Positions 50,444 through 62,093 of a stretch of 64,000 nucleotides of DNA are shown here, in pieces (position 1 is the stretch's first letter; each line of letters begins with the position of its first letter). The position numbers and the translations under genes are program-made. This DNA is from Candidatus Bathyarchaeota archaeon (GTDB taxonomy: Archaea; Thermoproteota; Bathyarchaeia; Bathyarchaeales; Bathycorpusculaceae), in contig CAVYHV010000008.1 of the NCBI GenBank assembly GCA_963768425.1, forward strand, positions 1-64,000, given 5' to 3'. The notes beneath the pieces were generated by a model. The model searched no databases and had not been told where the DNA came from. It saw nothing but the letters and a program-made list of their open reading frames with translations.

Positions 50444-51592
50444 TTAATCCTTCAGGGTCTCAACAATCGTTTGCGCCCTGTCTAAGCCTTTGTACTTGTT
50501 GGAGAACTGGTTTAGAGCCAAAACGTTTTTGTCAAAGGAATCTTGGTCATTCTCCAGTTTTGCAACTGCCTTCTCCAGTTGCTTTTTGTTCTTGACGGTT
50601 ATCGAGCAGTTCAAATTTTGCAGTTTAGCTGCGTTGCCCAACTGTTCCGGCTGCGTTGGGATGCAGATGCTGGGTTTCGCGTACTTAACGGTTTCAAAGC
50701 ACGTTGCGTGTCCACCGCTGAAGATTATGAATTTGGCGTTCCTCATGAATTCCGCCCTTTCTTCGGCTGACAGCCAGGTGTGAAGTTCGCAGTTCCCGAT
50801 TTTGGTTGAGGCTTTCTTGCCCGGCGTTCCCAGGCTGACGATGCATTTGCTTTTCATTTTTTTGAGGACTGGAAGCAGGATTTTGAGCATTTTTGCTCTC
50901 GTGCCTGGTGGTCCGCTTATGGGTACAAAAATGTGTTCCTTCGATCCTTCAACAGGCGACGTATCTACAAAGCTTCCTACATATTCGACTTTGTCGTCTA
51001 AACCCATGTTATCGATGTTCCCGATGCTGTACTCCGAAATCGTGTATGGGGGTGGGTTGTCGGGAATAATTATTTTTGAACACCGCTTAACGTACCGTTC
51101 AACGAGCCGTTCGCCTGGATTAAGGAAGGCGGAGAAACCGTAGCTTGGCCTAATCATGTTAGCTATGTAAATTGAGGGAAAACGCCACCGCTGAGAAAGC
51201 CTGAGCGCGTTTATGTCTCCATCTGCAATCAATAGGTCAGGCGCTAATGTTTGGATGTTTTCCCTGAGATCATAGTATCGATGGATGGTCTCCCAGGCGT
51301 TGGAGTTTTTTATTTCTAGCTTGTTCTTCTCGAAATTATATAATGGAAGTGGCAACAACGTGTTAACGAGCGATGCGGAAGTGATTATGCCATAAGCGTT
51401 CTCGTACCAAGAGATCGGCGTGCATTTGTAGACATGGCTGAACTCCTTCTGTAACAATTCGTATGCTTTGCCTCCTGAGAAAAAGAACATTTCGTGACCG
51501 CGGTTCTGCAGCCGTTTCCCTAAAGGAATTATACGTGAAACATGGCCTAAGCCAAGCTCTGAACAGCTAAACAGCAACCGCATAATGAACAA
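50444..51592 (-). CDS. GT-B glycosyltransferase (family 28-like)
   Basis: GLGHVSR, GGHATCFE, IPTQPEQLGNA. Confidence 0.88.
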   Translation of the reverse strand: MFIMRLLFSCSELGLGHVSRIIPLGKRLQNRGHEMFFFSGGKAYELLQKEFSHVYKCTPISWYENAYGIITSASLVNTLLPLPLYNFEKNKLEIKNSNAWETIHRYYDLRENIQTLAPDLLIADGDINALRLSQRWRFPSIYIANMIRPSYGFSAFLNPGERLVERYVKRCSKIIIPDNPPPYTISEYSIGNIDNMGLDDKVEYVGSFVDTSPVEGSKEHIFVPISGPPGTRAKMLKILLPVLKKMKSKCIVSLGTPGKKASTKIGNCELHTWLSAEERAEFMRNAKFIIFSGGHATCFETVKYAKPSICIPTQPEQLGNAAKLQNLNCSITVKNKKQLEKAVAKLENDQDSFDKNVLALNQFSNKYKGLDRAQTIVETLKD

Positions 51593-51680
51593 AGTATATT
51601 GAGAAGATTTATTTTAACCATATCTATGGTTCCCAGGAAAAAGTAAGCAGTTTTAAGCTAGTTGCTAACACTAAATTGTT

Positions 51681-52553
51681 ATGTTTGTTCCCCGAAAAAT
51701 TCGTGAAGAAAAACTTAGACAAATACTAGCCGACGACGTTGGCCTCGGCGACGTCACAGCTCAAGCGCTGATACCTCCAAATTTGGTTGTAAACGCTGTG
51801 GTTATGGCGAAGGAGGATGGCGTAGCCGCGGGAATTGAAGAAGTAACTATTCTTGTTGAGTATTTGGGGCTAAAATGTAAGGCTAAAGTTGCAGATGGGG
51901 ATGCAATCAAAAACAAGCAGGTGCTTATGGAGATTTCGGGTAACGCGCAGACAATTCTCTCCGCGGAACGAACCGTGCTTAATTTACTTTCGCGGATGAG
52001 TGGAATCGCTACGGCAACCCGAAAACTAACCGAGAAAATCAAGAAAGCAGGATTCAAAACCAAGATTGCCGCAACTCGCAAATCAGCGCCAGGGCTGGTA
52101 TACTTTGATAAGAAAGCGGTAGTAATTGGAGGTGGTGACCCGCATAGGCTTCACTTGGACGACATGGTTCTGATTAAAGACAATCACGTCGTCATAGTTG
52201 GAAGCCCCGAAGCTGCCGTCAAAAAAGCGAAGGCAAACGTTTCTTTCGCCAAGAAAATTGAGGTTGAAGTAACAAAGGTATCTGATGTTTTGAAGGTTGC
52301 GCGGGCAGGGGCTGACGCGATTATGCTCGATAACTTCTCAGTTGAGCAGGTTAAAGAGGCGGCAGATTTGCTGAATAAGGCGGGTTTCTCGAGCAAAGTA
52401 GTTTTGGAGGCTAGCGGCGGAATCAAGGCCGAAGACGTCTTGGATTATGCAGCGGCTAAGGTTGACATCATCAGTATAGGTCGACTTACGAATAGCGTCA
52501 AAGCTTTAGATATCAGCTTAGAGATTGCCAAAGAAGCAAAAGAAGCCTTTTAG
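51681..52553 (+). CDS. nadC: Nicotinate-nucleotide pyrophosphorylase
   Basis: MSGIAT, ATRKSAPG, HRLHLDDMVLIKDNH, IMLDN, EASGG. Confidence 0.96.
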   Translation: MFVPRKIREEKLRQILADDVGLGDVTAQALIPPNLVVNAVVMAKEDGVAAGIEEVTILVEYLGLKCKAKVADGDAIKNKQVLMEISGNAQTILSAERTVLNLLSRMSGIATATRKLTEKIKKAGFKTKIAATRKSAPGLVYFDKKAVVIGGGDPHRLHLDDMVLIKDNHVVIVGSPEAAVKKAKANVSFAKKIEVEVTKVSDVLKVARAGADAIMLDNFSVEQVKEAADLLNKAGFSSKVVLEASGGIKAEDVLDYAAAKVDIISIGRLTNSVKALDISLEIAKEAKEAF

Positions 52554-52562
52554 GCTTATAGC

Positions 52563-53107
52563 CTAAATCAGCGGAAGCATCGATTCCACTATGGCTCCGA
52601 CTACAAGCAGGGCGGCGCACACGCCTATGAGAATTGCGGTGGTCTTAAGTTCCCCATACCTCTTCTGCATTAGCCTGCGGAGCAACCAGATGCTTTCTCC
52701 GATGGCGATTGAATAGGCCGTGAATTCAATCCAAAATATTGGATTTAGAAGTTCAGCGAAAACGTATAGAAGGGGGGGAATCCTAATACTTGAGCTTCAG
52801 CGCCTATTCCGTAGCCAGTTGAAACGAAAGTTAAGACCCCAAACAATGGTCCAACGATTGGAATGAAGAAGATTAGGCAGATTCTGAAGTTATTCAAGAA
52901 AATAAACTGCGGTACTGTTCCGTTTGCTTTCTGCTGGCTAACTGTTTGGTTTAACTGATCATAAAATTGTGTTGCCGCGCTATGACTAATTGGAATCGAA
53001 GCCCCGATAGCAGTTAACACTATAGCCCCTACAAGAATTAATAGAAATGTGTAAATTCTCTTACGTCTGGTCGATGCGTTCGTCCAAAATGACAAATCAA
53101 GCTTCAT
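52563..53107 (-). CDS. SpoIIM-like membrane protein (frameshift near 52775)
   Basis: IFLNN...FFIPIVG, later FWIEFTAYSIA and LLVVGAIVE. Confidence 0.8.
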
Positions 53108-53258
53108 CCGTGTTAACCTTCATTTCGACTTCTGGGGTTAATTCTTTATGCACGAAATCCTCGCGCACAAGGATTTAATGTCTCTACCAATTTAACCTTT
53201 CTCAAAACATTCTTAACATCAACAGCATAACCGAGGAGGTTATCTCATTGTGCATTTC

Positions 53259-53865
53259 TTATTTTAAGCCTAAAGCCAAAATGTACATTTCTGAGCTTTT
53301 GGAGCGGCTTGCTTGAGGTTTAACAATTTTAACGATTTCGAAGCTGGCTTTTACAGTTTGAATGAAGTCGTCAAGTTGGTCTCCCTGAAAGATCTTTACA
53401 AAGAAGTTTCCTGAGGGGACGCAGCAAGCACTGTGCGATTCCCAACGCTCTTGTAGCTAAGTCAATTTGTCTTGCATGGTCAACTTCCCAAACGCCTGTA
53501 ATGTTTGGCGCCGCATCAGAAATAACTGCGTCTGCTTTGCGTGGTAAGAAAGAGAGAATCTCTTTAACGATATCTGGATCGGTCATATCTGCAATTATTG
53601 TCCTTATGTATTCTTGGGTGAATGGTTCAATTGGTTTAAGGTCTACGCCTAAAACAAAACCATGGGATCCAGTCATTTTTCTGGCGGCTTGAATCCAACC
53701 GCCTGGAGCAGCACCTAAATCGACGACTACATCATTTCTTTTTATGAACTGGTATTTCTCGTTAGCTTGAACCAGCTTGTAAGTGGCCCTTGAACGGTAG
53801 TTTTCAGCTTTTGCTTTTTTGTAATAATACTCATTTTTCCTATCTCGGATCCAAGCTTTCGGCAA
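53259..53865 (-). CDS. rlmE: 23S rRNA Um2552 methyltransferase RlmE/FtsJ (frameshift near 53412)
   Basis: YRSRATYKL, DLGAAPGGW, GVDL, ISDAAPNITG, KPQASRSKSSEMY. Confidence 0.94.
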
Positions 53866-54283
53866 CGGAGTTATCAGCCTCTTCTTCTATGTTTTGCACG
53901 CTTGGATCAGGCATAGGTACTGCCGCAACGGGTTCTTTTCCCAGAGAAATTATCCAGTCTGTAAGCCTGGGGCAGCTTTTAGGTGAAATCGCCGTGGTCG
54001 GATCACACCTCGCGTTGTCTGGGCAAAGCAAGCAGGGGCAGTCAATGATTGTTTGTATCGATGCAGGAAGCCTTTTCGGGTAAAGCCGATAGGTCCATCT
54101 GCCTTCCTGAAGCTCTTTTTCGCGTCGGATTAACCCTTTTTCCTCAAGTTTAATTGAGACTCTTGAGCCCTCCCGACTGCTTGCGCCTAGTTCACGCCAA
54201 AGGTCTGATTGGAGCACGCCTTGATAGCCCGTGTTCACCACATAATGGAGTGCTTTCTGTTCGAGGTCATTACGTTTAGGCAT
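53840..54283 (-). CDS. TFE beta / RPC34-like protein (winged helix plus Fe-S cluster domain)
   Basis: GVLQSDLWREL...KLEEKGLIRRE...WTYRL and C-terminal CPCLLCPDNARC...ISPKSCPRLTDW. Confidence 0.8.
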   Translation of the reverse strand: MPKRNDLEQKALHYVVNTGYQGVLQSDLWRELGASSREGSRVSIKLEEKGLIRREKELQEGRWTYRLYPKRLPASIQTIIDCPCLLCPDNARCDPTTAISPKSCPRLTDWIISLGKEPVAAVPMPDPSVQNIEEEADNSVAESLDPR

Positions 54284-54368
54284 CTACTATCAATTCCAAA
54301 TAATGCAATTAGAATATAAGCGTTGAATCCAGATAAAAATATGTATCCCTTAAGAAACATGGAACCCG

Positions 54369-55400
54369 ATGAAAAACATGCAAGGATCGCCGAAAAGAAG
54401 TAATGGTTACTGTTTAGGAATTGAATCTTCAGCAGACGACTTCGGCGTCGGCATAGCCACGTTTAACGGCGAAATACTCGCCAATAATTCTGATAGCTAT
54501 ATACCCGAGGAAGGTGGAATTCATCCGCGGGAGGCTGCAAGGCATCATTCTGATGTCGCGGACAAAGTTGTAAAGGAAGCTTTAATCGCAGCAGGTTTAA
54601 AGCCCAGTGAATTGTCAGTCATCTCGTTTTCTCAGGGTCCAGGTCTTGGACCAAGTCTGCGCACAGGAGCCACGGTTGCCCGGGCCTTAGCTTCTTACCT
54701 TCAGATCCCCCTCGTCGGTGTCAACCATTCCGTAGCTCACATCGAGATTGGAGAGCTCGAAACTGGCGCGGAAGACCCCGTGACCCTTTATGTTTCTGGC
54801 GGCAACACCATGGTGACCGCGTTTGAAGCTGGACGCTATCGGGTTTTCGGCGAAACATTGGATATTGCACTCGGAAACTGCTTAGATGTTTTCGCGCGGC
54901 AAGCTGGGCTCAAGAACCGAAAAGGTTTGCCGCTTGGAGCTGCCGTCGAGCGGTTGGCGGCTAAGGGCAAAAACTTGGTTTCCCTGCCTTATGTGGTGAA
55001 AGGCATGGATTTGTCTCTTAGCGGTCTGTTGACGTCGGCGACAGTGTGGCTGCAAAAAGATTGCGCGCTTGAGGATTTGTGCTATAGCTTGCAGGAACAC
55101 GCGTTTTCAATGGTTACCGAAGTCACCGAGCGGGCGTTGGCGCATACGGAGAAAAAGGAGGTTTTGTTGACGGGCGGAGTAGCTGCTAACAAGCGGTTAC
55201 AATCCATGCTTGAAATCATATCTAAGGAGCACGATGCGGCATTTAATGTGGTTCCGCTGGAGTTTGCCACGGACAACGGCGCGATGATCGCTTGGACAGG
55301 GGTTTTAGCCTACACGCATGGGTTATTTACGCCTTTAGATGAGAGCTTCGTGAAGCTTCGGTGGCGAGTGGACAAGGTGGATGTGCCATGGAAACAGTAA
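54369..55400 (+). CDS. kae1: KEOPS t6A transferase Kae1
   Basis: LGIESS, GGIHPREAARHH, GPGLGPSL, VNHSVAHIE, GGVAAN, DNGAMIA. Confidence 0.96.
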   Translation: MKNMQGSPKRSNGYCLGIESSADDFGVGIATFNGEILANNSDSYIPEEGGIHPREAARHHSDVADKVVKEALIAAGLKPSELSVISFSQGPGLGPSLRTGATVARALASYLQIPLVGVNHSVAHIEIGELETGAEDPVTLYVSGGNTMVTAFEAGRYRVFGETLDIALGNCLDVFARQAGLKNRKGLPLGAAVERLAAKGKNLVSLPYVVKGMDLSLSGLLTSATVWLQKDCALEDLCYSLQEHAFSMVTEVTERALAHTEKKEVLLTGGVAANKRLQSMLEIISKEHDAAFNVVPLEFATDNGAMIAWTGVLAYTHGLFTPLDESFVKLRWRVDKVDVPWKQ

Positions 55401-56046
55401 CTCAGAAATCTCTGTTTAAGAAAGGCGCGGAAGCCAGCCTATACTTAGCTCAGTGGCACGGATCAAAGTAATCGTTAAAGTGCGCATCCCAAAAATATAT
55501 CGTCCAGAAGCGTTGGACAAGCAGATTCGAACTTACCGCACGGTCCATGAGCCCCAGTTAATGCATGAAGCCAAAGCCGCTGGAGTGCCCACGCCATTGA
55601 TTTTTATGGTTAACGTTCCAGAAGCCTCGATCACAATGCTGTACATCGAAGGACAACAGATCAAGCAGCTTCTTAATGTTGCTTCCGCGGATCGGAGGCG
55701 AGAACTTTGCGTTACAATAGGCGAATTAATCGCGAAACTTCACAAACAAGGCCTGATCCACGGCGACCTAACAACGTCTAACATGATACTAAGTCCCCAA
55801 GGCAGAATTTACTTCGTTGACTTCGGCTTAGGCGAAAAAAACAGCGAAGTTGAAGCTCAAGGCGTTGATTTACATTTATTGAAGCGGGCTCTACAGAGTA
55901 CCCATTACAAGTTCTGGGAACAATGCTTCAAAAATGTCCTATCAGGTTACTCCAACACTTTAGGTGTTGAAGCTGCGGAAAAGGTTTATGAGAAAATCCG
56001 AGAAATAGAGAGGCGTGGGCGCTATGTCGAAGAAAGAAAACATTAA
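55388..56046 (+). CDS. bud32: KEOPS kinase Bud32 (frameshift near 55462)
   Basis: KGAEA, K.RIPK.YR, HGDLTTSN, VDFGLG, IERRGRY. Confidence 0.94.
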
Positions 56047-56652
56047 ACAAGCCTGCGTTTCTAAGGTCAAAGTCGTATTTTTCGCGACTGGAAACATCAA
56101 TAAGTTCAATGAAGCTCGAAGCATCCTAGCCCCTGCGGCTTCGCTGTTGCGATGATACGCATGAAGGGTAATGAGATACAAAGCGACAGCCTAAAAGAAA
56201 TAGCCACCTCAGCCGCGGTAAACGCATTCAAAAGCACCCAACTGCCCATTATTGTAGAAGACGCAGGCTTATTCATCAAGGCCCTTGGAGGTTTTCCCGG
56301 ACCATATGCAGCCTTCGTCTATAAAACAATCCATAACAGTGGGATTCTGCATTTAATGGAAAACGTCAAGGACAGACAAGCCAAATTTCAGTCAGTCATA
56401 GTTTACATCGACGATGCTCTTTGCGAACCACAATGCTTCAACGGTGAATCCAAAGGCGAAATAACCCTGACGGAACGCAAAACAGCTGGGAGGGCAGCAT
56501 TTGGCTTTGACCCGATTTTTCAGCCTGTTGGATCCAGCAAGTCTTTTGCGGAAATGAATACTGAGGAGAAAAACGGTTATTCGCATAGGGCTATGGCTTT
56601 TCGGAAATTTGCTGAATGGTGCGAATCTGGAAAAATGCAAAGTGACCCATGA
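56024..56652 (+). CDS. rdgB: Non-canonical purine NTP pyrophosphatase (HAM1/RdgB), frameshift near 56140
   Basis: FATGNINKFNE, VEDAGL..ALGGFPGPY, FGFDPIF, KNGYSHR. Confidence 0.93.
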
Positions 56653-56734
56653 GTTAGATTTCGATGTTTCCATATGCAGGATTACTTTTAAATATTGGCG
56701 CAGTGTGGTTTAGGTGCAGTTTAAGGTGTAACAT

Positions 56735-57175
56735 TTGCCAAAGCAGGAAAAAGGAAAATCCCATTCAATCCGCCCAGTCAGCAGACGTCCTCCAAGCTGG
56801 TGCAAGTATCAGCCTGAAGAAGTAGAATCATTCATAATAAAATTGGCCAAGGAAGGCCACTCACTCAGCAGCATAGGCACCATCCTGAGGGATCAATACG
56901 CGATTCCCCTTGCAAAGCCAATCGTCGGCAAAAGCATAAGCGACGTTTTGGAAAGCGCAGGGTTAGCTCCAACGATGCCTGAAGACCTCACAAACCTCAT
57001 GAAGAAAGCGCAGAGCCTCGCGGTTCACCTAGACAAAAACAAGAAGGACCTGCATAACAAACGCAACATGCAGATCATCGAAGCAAGAATCCACAAGCTC
57101 TCACGATACTACAAGCGCGAAGGCGTCATAGCCAAGAACTGGAAGTACGAAGCAAAAATCGCCTCCGTAACCTAA
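56735..57175 (+). CDS. rps15: 30S ribosomal protein uS15 (archaeal S15/S13e)
   Basis: GKSHSIRP, IGTILRDQY, PEDL, KDLHNKR..IEARIHKLSRYYK. Confidence 0.96.
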   Translation: MPKQEKGKSHSIRPVSRRPPSWCKYQPEEVESFIIKLAKEGHSLSSIGTILRDQYAIPLAKPIVGKSISDVLESAGLAPTMPEDLTNLMKKAQSLAVHLDKNKKDLHNKRNMQIIEARIHKLSRYYKREGVIAKNWKYEAKIASVT

Positions 57176-57270
57176 ACGCTCTTCTCACTTTTTTCAAGCG
57201 TTTTCTGTTTTAGTGTTGATACGCTAGCTTTAAATCTAATCACCGCATTTTAGCCAAAGAGTGAACCTGG

Positions 57271-58740
57271 ATGGCTGCGCAGCAAGCATCAATCGACCGC
57301 TTCTTAGCACAGGCGGCGGAAGCATCCAAAGTAATTTTGGAAGCAGGCACAAAAAGACGGATTCATCCATGTTTTTTCGCATTTGGATGCCGACGGAATT
57401 GCAGCGGCAGGCGTCATGGGAAAAACCCTGTTCAGGCTCAACGCCAAGTTCAGAATCAGAATCACTCAGCAGCTTGACGAAAAAATCATCGGTGAAATAG
57501 TCGCTGACAAACCGCAACTTGTGATTTTGACAGATTTCGGCAGCGGCTACCTTGACATGCTAAACGAGAAGATTCCCAACTTCAAAGTCCTAATCCTTGA
57601 CCATCACCAAGTAAACGGCACATCAAGCAACCCAAATTTTGTTCAGGTTAACCCTCACATGTTCGGCATCGACGGCGCATCAGACGTCAGCGGCTCAGGC
57701 GTCGCCTACTTCGTTGCAAAAGCAGTGAACTCAGCAAACGTGGATTTGGCGCCTGTGGCTTTAGTCGGCGCGTTGGGCGACATGCAGGACAAATATGACC
57801 AGAGAAAACTCTGCAGCCTCAACGAGATAATCGTTGACGACGCCGTCGCTGCTGGCTTGTTGAAGGTTGAGAAGGACTTAACTTTTTTCGGCAGGGAAAC
57901 CCGACCAATCTACAAGATGCTGGCAACCACGACAAACCCGTTTATTCCAGGCTTAAGCGGAGAAGAAGACAAGGCCTTGGCTTTTCTGGCAAGCCTAAAC
58001 ATCCCGCTTAAGCAAGGAGACAGACCGCGGGCGCTATGCGACTTAAACGACGAGGAAAGAAAACGTCTGTGCTCAGCCCTGGCGGACCATTTGCTTGTCT
58101 AAGGGGTTGCATATGGAGGTTGAGAACCTCATCGGCTACATTTACATTTTAACCAAAGAAGAACCTAACACCGCATTGCGTGACGCAAGGGAATTCGCAG
58201 TCGTTCTCAACTCGACGGGACGCATGGACAGACCAAGCTTAGGCATAGCCATATGCATGGGCGACCGCAAAGCCGCCTTGGAGGAATCAAACAAGATACT
58301 TGAAGACTACCGCAGAAACATCAACAAGTATCTTGGCTGGGTAGCAGAAAAACCCGAGCGGATGCGTGAACTTGAAAACATCTACGTCATCTACGGCGAA
58401 AGCTTCATCAACGAAAAAATCATCGGAACCGTCTCATCCATCATCGTCTCAAGCCTCGACAAACAACGAAAAACCCCTAATAGCGTTCGCCAACGTTGAA
58501 AAAGAGACAGCAGCCAAGTTTTCAGGCAGAACAACCGAGGCAGCGATTCGAAAAGGCGTAAACCTCGGGGAAGTCATGCGGTTAGCTTCAGAAGCCCACG
58601 GCGGCAAAGGCGGAGGACACAACATCGCTGCAGGAGCCCAAGTCCCGCTTGACGAGATTAACGGGTTCATCAAAGATGTTAATGAATTAGTCGGCAAACA
58701 GTTGAAGGGAGAAAAGATTGGAAGCGACAATAAGCCTTGA
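57271..58740 (+). CDS. DHH-family phosphoesterase (RecJ-like), several frameshifts
   Basis: SHLDADG, TDFGS, LDHH, GALGDMQD, GGGHNIAAGA; conserved rps15-DHH-pcc1 synteny. Confidence 0.92.
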
Positions 58741-58963
58741 GTACGCTGACAAGAAGCTTGCGAAAGCAGTCGCCAACGCCGTTTCTCCAGACAATTTTAA
58801 AACGCCGCCTAAACTGACTGTGAAAACCACATTAAACCAGCGAAAAGTGATAACTGTGATTCAATGTGAAAGCAAACTTGCCACATTCACCGCAACGATT
58901 GACGATTTGCTTTTCTGCGCAACCACGGCTGAAAAAGCGGTTAAAGCGGTCACAAAGATTTAA
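58718..58963 (+). CDS. pcc1: KEOPS subunit Pcc1
   Basis: AVSPDN...FTATIDDLL; synteny. Confidence 0.85.
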   Translation: MEATISLEYADKKLAKAVANAVSPDNFKTPPKLTVKTTLNQRKVITVIQCESKLATFTATIDDLLFCATTAEKAVKAVTKI

Positions 58964-59096
58964 ACAGCGCCAACTGCCCCTCAAGGGCTGACTATCTCTG
59001 GTTTCTTAGGTCAAGTTCTAAATATAACTTGCCTTACTGTAAAGTAAATAAATAAGCGAACACAACATTAAACAAACTTCCAATTGGGTGAATTCA

Positions 59097-60920
59097 TTGA
59101 AACGAACAAATGTAGTATTGATGATTACTGTTTCCTTTTACTAGTTTTCCTGCCGGTTGCCATGTCTGGAACGGTTTTTGCCCAAACCTCAGGCTACACC
59201 ATCACGCAGGTTAACCATCAGGTTCAAGTCTTATATAGTGGGCAAGTGGTCATTTCAGGATACGTTTTATGTTTCTGGACAAGTAACCGACGGCTTCACA
59301 GTCGGGTTACCCGCCCAATACAGCGCCGACATCCTCAACGCCGTAGCATACGATTCCAATAACGTTTACCAAGTGAACTTGGGAGTTCAGTTAGGTGACC
59401 AAAGCGGATTTTACGGTGCCGAAGTAAACTTCAACGGGCAAACACCCAGCGTCTTCACCGTAGCTTTTGTTCTGTCAAGTGGCGTTCTTACTCAATATGA
59501 CTCGGGCGACTACACTCTTAATTTCCCCGCTTATCCTGGTCTTACCGAAAGCGTCGGCAGCTGCAACGTAACGCTCACTTTTCCAAGTGCTCCTACATTT
59601 ATCGACATAACCAAACCCGATGGAATCGTGAATACAGAAAACTATGTCACTTCGAACCTGCCTGCCTACACTTTTTCTCCGGGTTCTGCCGCCGTTCAAG
59701 TAGCCAACGAAACCATACAGAAGGCAGACATAACCAGTCTGGATCGCCAAATAACTATTGACCCAACAGGCAAAGTTTCTGCTTCAGATACATACACGAT
59801 CGTTAACAACTCAACGTTGTCGATGCAGTCTTTTCTCTTAGATGTTCCGCTTAACGCGCGAAACGTTGTAGTAAGAGACGAGTCCGGTGCAACGCTCACA
59901 ATTGCTGGCAGCTCAAAAATCTACGGCGCTTTGCAGGAGAATACCACCTTAATAACGCTCGCGGCGAACGGGCAATCCTCAACGTTAACTGCAAGCTACA
60001 ATTTGCCGAGCGCAACCCTCAAAGGTTCACAATACACGTTAAGCAACTTTGAGCTTTTCCCATACTTCAATTACTACGTTGCACAGGCAAGCTTCACTCT
60101 TAACCCGCCCCAGGGAGCAAAAATCACAACTCCTCAGATATCCTCAATTGACGTATCCAGCACCCTGACAAGAACTGCCTTCCAAGACACCCTTACCTTA
60201 GCTGGAAACGGAATAACCTACCTCAACTACATCATGCCGCAAAGCAACATAATCCAATTCTCCTTCACATACAACCCAATCTGGGTATCTTTCATGCCAA
60301 CCTTCTGGCTCGCTTTTGCCGCAGTTATCGGATGCATAGGCGCGGTTGTCTATCAGAAACGTAAACCAGGCGAAAAACAACCAACCGCATTCAAAAAAGT
60401 TAAGCCTTCGACTCCAACACCCATTGCTGAAACACCGACGGGGCAACAAGCGACAAGCGCCGAACCAAGAACTGTGGCTCCTGTCACCAGTCAACGTCTC
60501 ACAGGCGAAAACATCAGAGATTTCACCGAGTCTTATGAAGAGAAGAAACGGTTGCACGCTGAAATCAGGTCTTTGGATATGAAGGCCCATAAAGGGAAGA
60601 TTCCCCGGCGCCAATACAAAGTTCAACGAGGTGCAATAGAGACTCGTCTAGAAACAATTTCACGCAACACTGATCGCATAAAGGAAATCCTCAGAAACTC
60701 AGGTGGCGTCAACTCAGACCTGATTAAGCAACTTGACTCTGCCGAAGAAGACCTCTCTGAAGCTGAAGAAGACATCAAGAACCTAGAAGACCAGCAGAGC
60801 AGAGGCGAAATATCAATAGAAGCCTACAAGAAAAATATCGGGGATTACCAGAAACACCGAGACAAAGCTGAATCAACATTGAACGGAATTCTGCTCAGAT
60901 TACGTGAAAAAGCACGTTAA
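59097..60920 (+). CDS. Type I membrane protein with a ribophorin-I-like exodomain and cytosolic helical domain (two N-terminal frameshifts)
   Basis: Signal peptide, beta-rich ectodomain with ITSLDRQITIDPTGKVSASDTYTIVN, single TM, charged coiled-coil tail. Confidence 0.7.
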
Positions 60921-60980
60921 AACACCTAAAACCTTTTATTTTACTCACGAGCTTTTCAAGAAAATCAGAGGTAGACAAAA

Positions 60981-61160
60981 ATGGTAAAAATAGTTGTTGA
61001 CCCCAAATGCACCGGATGCGAAACATGCGTAAACACTTGCCCTGTCGGCGTCTACGAAATCAAAGATGGCAAATCTACACCATCAAAATCCAGCGAATGC
61101 TTGGTTTGCAGAGCATGTGAAGCCCAGTGTCCTGAAGGCGCAATTCAAGTAATCGAATAA
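60981..61160 (+). CDS. 2[4Fe-4S] ferredoxin (59 aa)
   Basis: CTGCETCVNTCP and CLVCRACEAQCP; GAGGT SD; absent from the ORF track. Confidence 0.96.
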   Translation: MVKIVVDPKCTGCETCVNTCPVGVYEIKDGKSTPSKSSECLVCRACEAQCPEGAIQVIE

Positions 61161-61632
61161 ATCTGACGCTTAAAATTCAATTACGCATGTATCTCTCAGC
61201 AGCAGAGCAAGAGAGATTATTCCCTTCTTTTAGTTAATTTATGGTTTATTTCTAAAAATTTGGTCAAAACTTTGATATTGGTTCTTTATTCACCACTTGT
61301 TTCAGTCTTCAATGTTCCATAAAAACCTGATGACTTTTGAAATCTGCTCCACTGTCACGCGGTCAATTTTCTGTTCTTCTTCCATGTTTTTAAGGGGAAT
61401 AGAGTTTGCCATGAACCTTGATATTGGGTGCTTGAGCTATAACAATTATGTTGACTTAGACTTCGAACTTCGAAGTAACCCAAAAAACAACGCGGAGCAT
61501 ATTGACATTTTCCTGCCTATTTTCCTTCTCGATTTTCGACCTTTGCGACCGTTAAATCTTGGGCTATCCTAAGGTTGAATAGATGATTTTGCGGGCAACA
61601 GTTATATTCTGAAACTGGAAAGTAGTAGAATC

Positions 61633-61908
61633 ATGGTAGACAAAATCCACTGCGCACACATTCTTGTCAAAACGGAGACAGAAGCCAAAAACATCAAGAT
61701 TCGACTTGATAAAGGTGAAAAATTCGGCGCCATAGCAAAAAACGTCTCCCAATGTCCATCTGCAAAGAACGGAGGAGACCTTGGAACTTTCACAAGGGGC
61801 AAGATGGTTAAGGAGTTCGAAAAAGCCGCTTTCGCCCTTGAGAAGGGTCAGACTTCTGAACCTGTTAAGACACAGTTTGGGTACCACATAATTAAACGGG
61901 TAGAATAG
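61633..61908 (+). CDS. ppiC: Parvulin-type peptidyl-prolyl isomerase
   Basis: [36 protein letters not shown]. Confidence 0.96.
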   Translation: MVDKIHCAHILVKTETEAKNIKIRLDKGEKFGAIAKNVSQCPSAKNGGDLGTFTRGKMVKEFEKAAFALEKGQTSEPVKTQFGYHIIKRVE

Positions 61909-62093
61909 CCAAGCTACGCTATGGCATGTGCTGTTCAAACGATGCGAACGGAAAGGAGCATTTTTGATTTTAAGCAAGGTCCCTGTAGCTTGCTTTTCTG
62001 CCGTCGGTGGTTAATCGATTAAAAGATATATCTTTTTCAGACACATTTATATGGATATAAACTCCAATATTCTTAAACGTAAAGTGAGAAAAC

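Noticed and set aside
61302-61385. 27-aa minus-strand ORF MEEEQKIDRVTVEQISKVIRFLWNIED
   Set aside because: Too short to support without homologs or expression data
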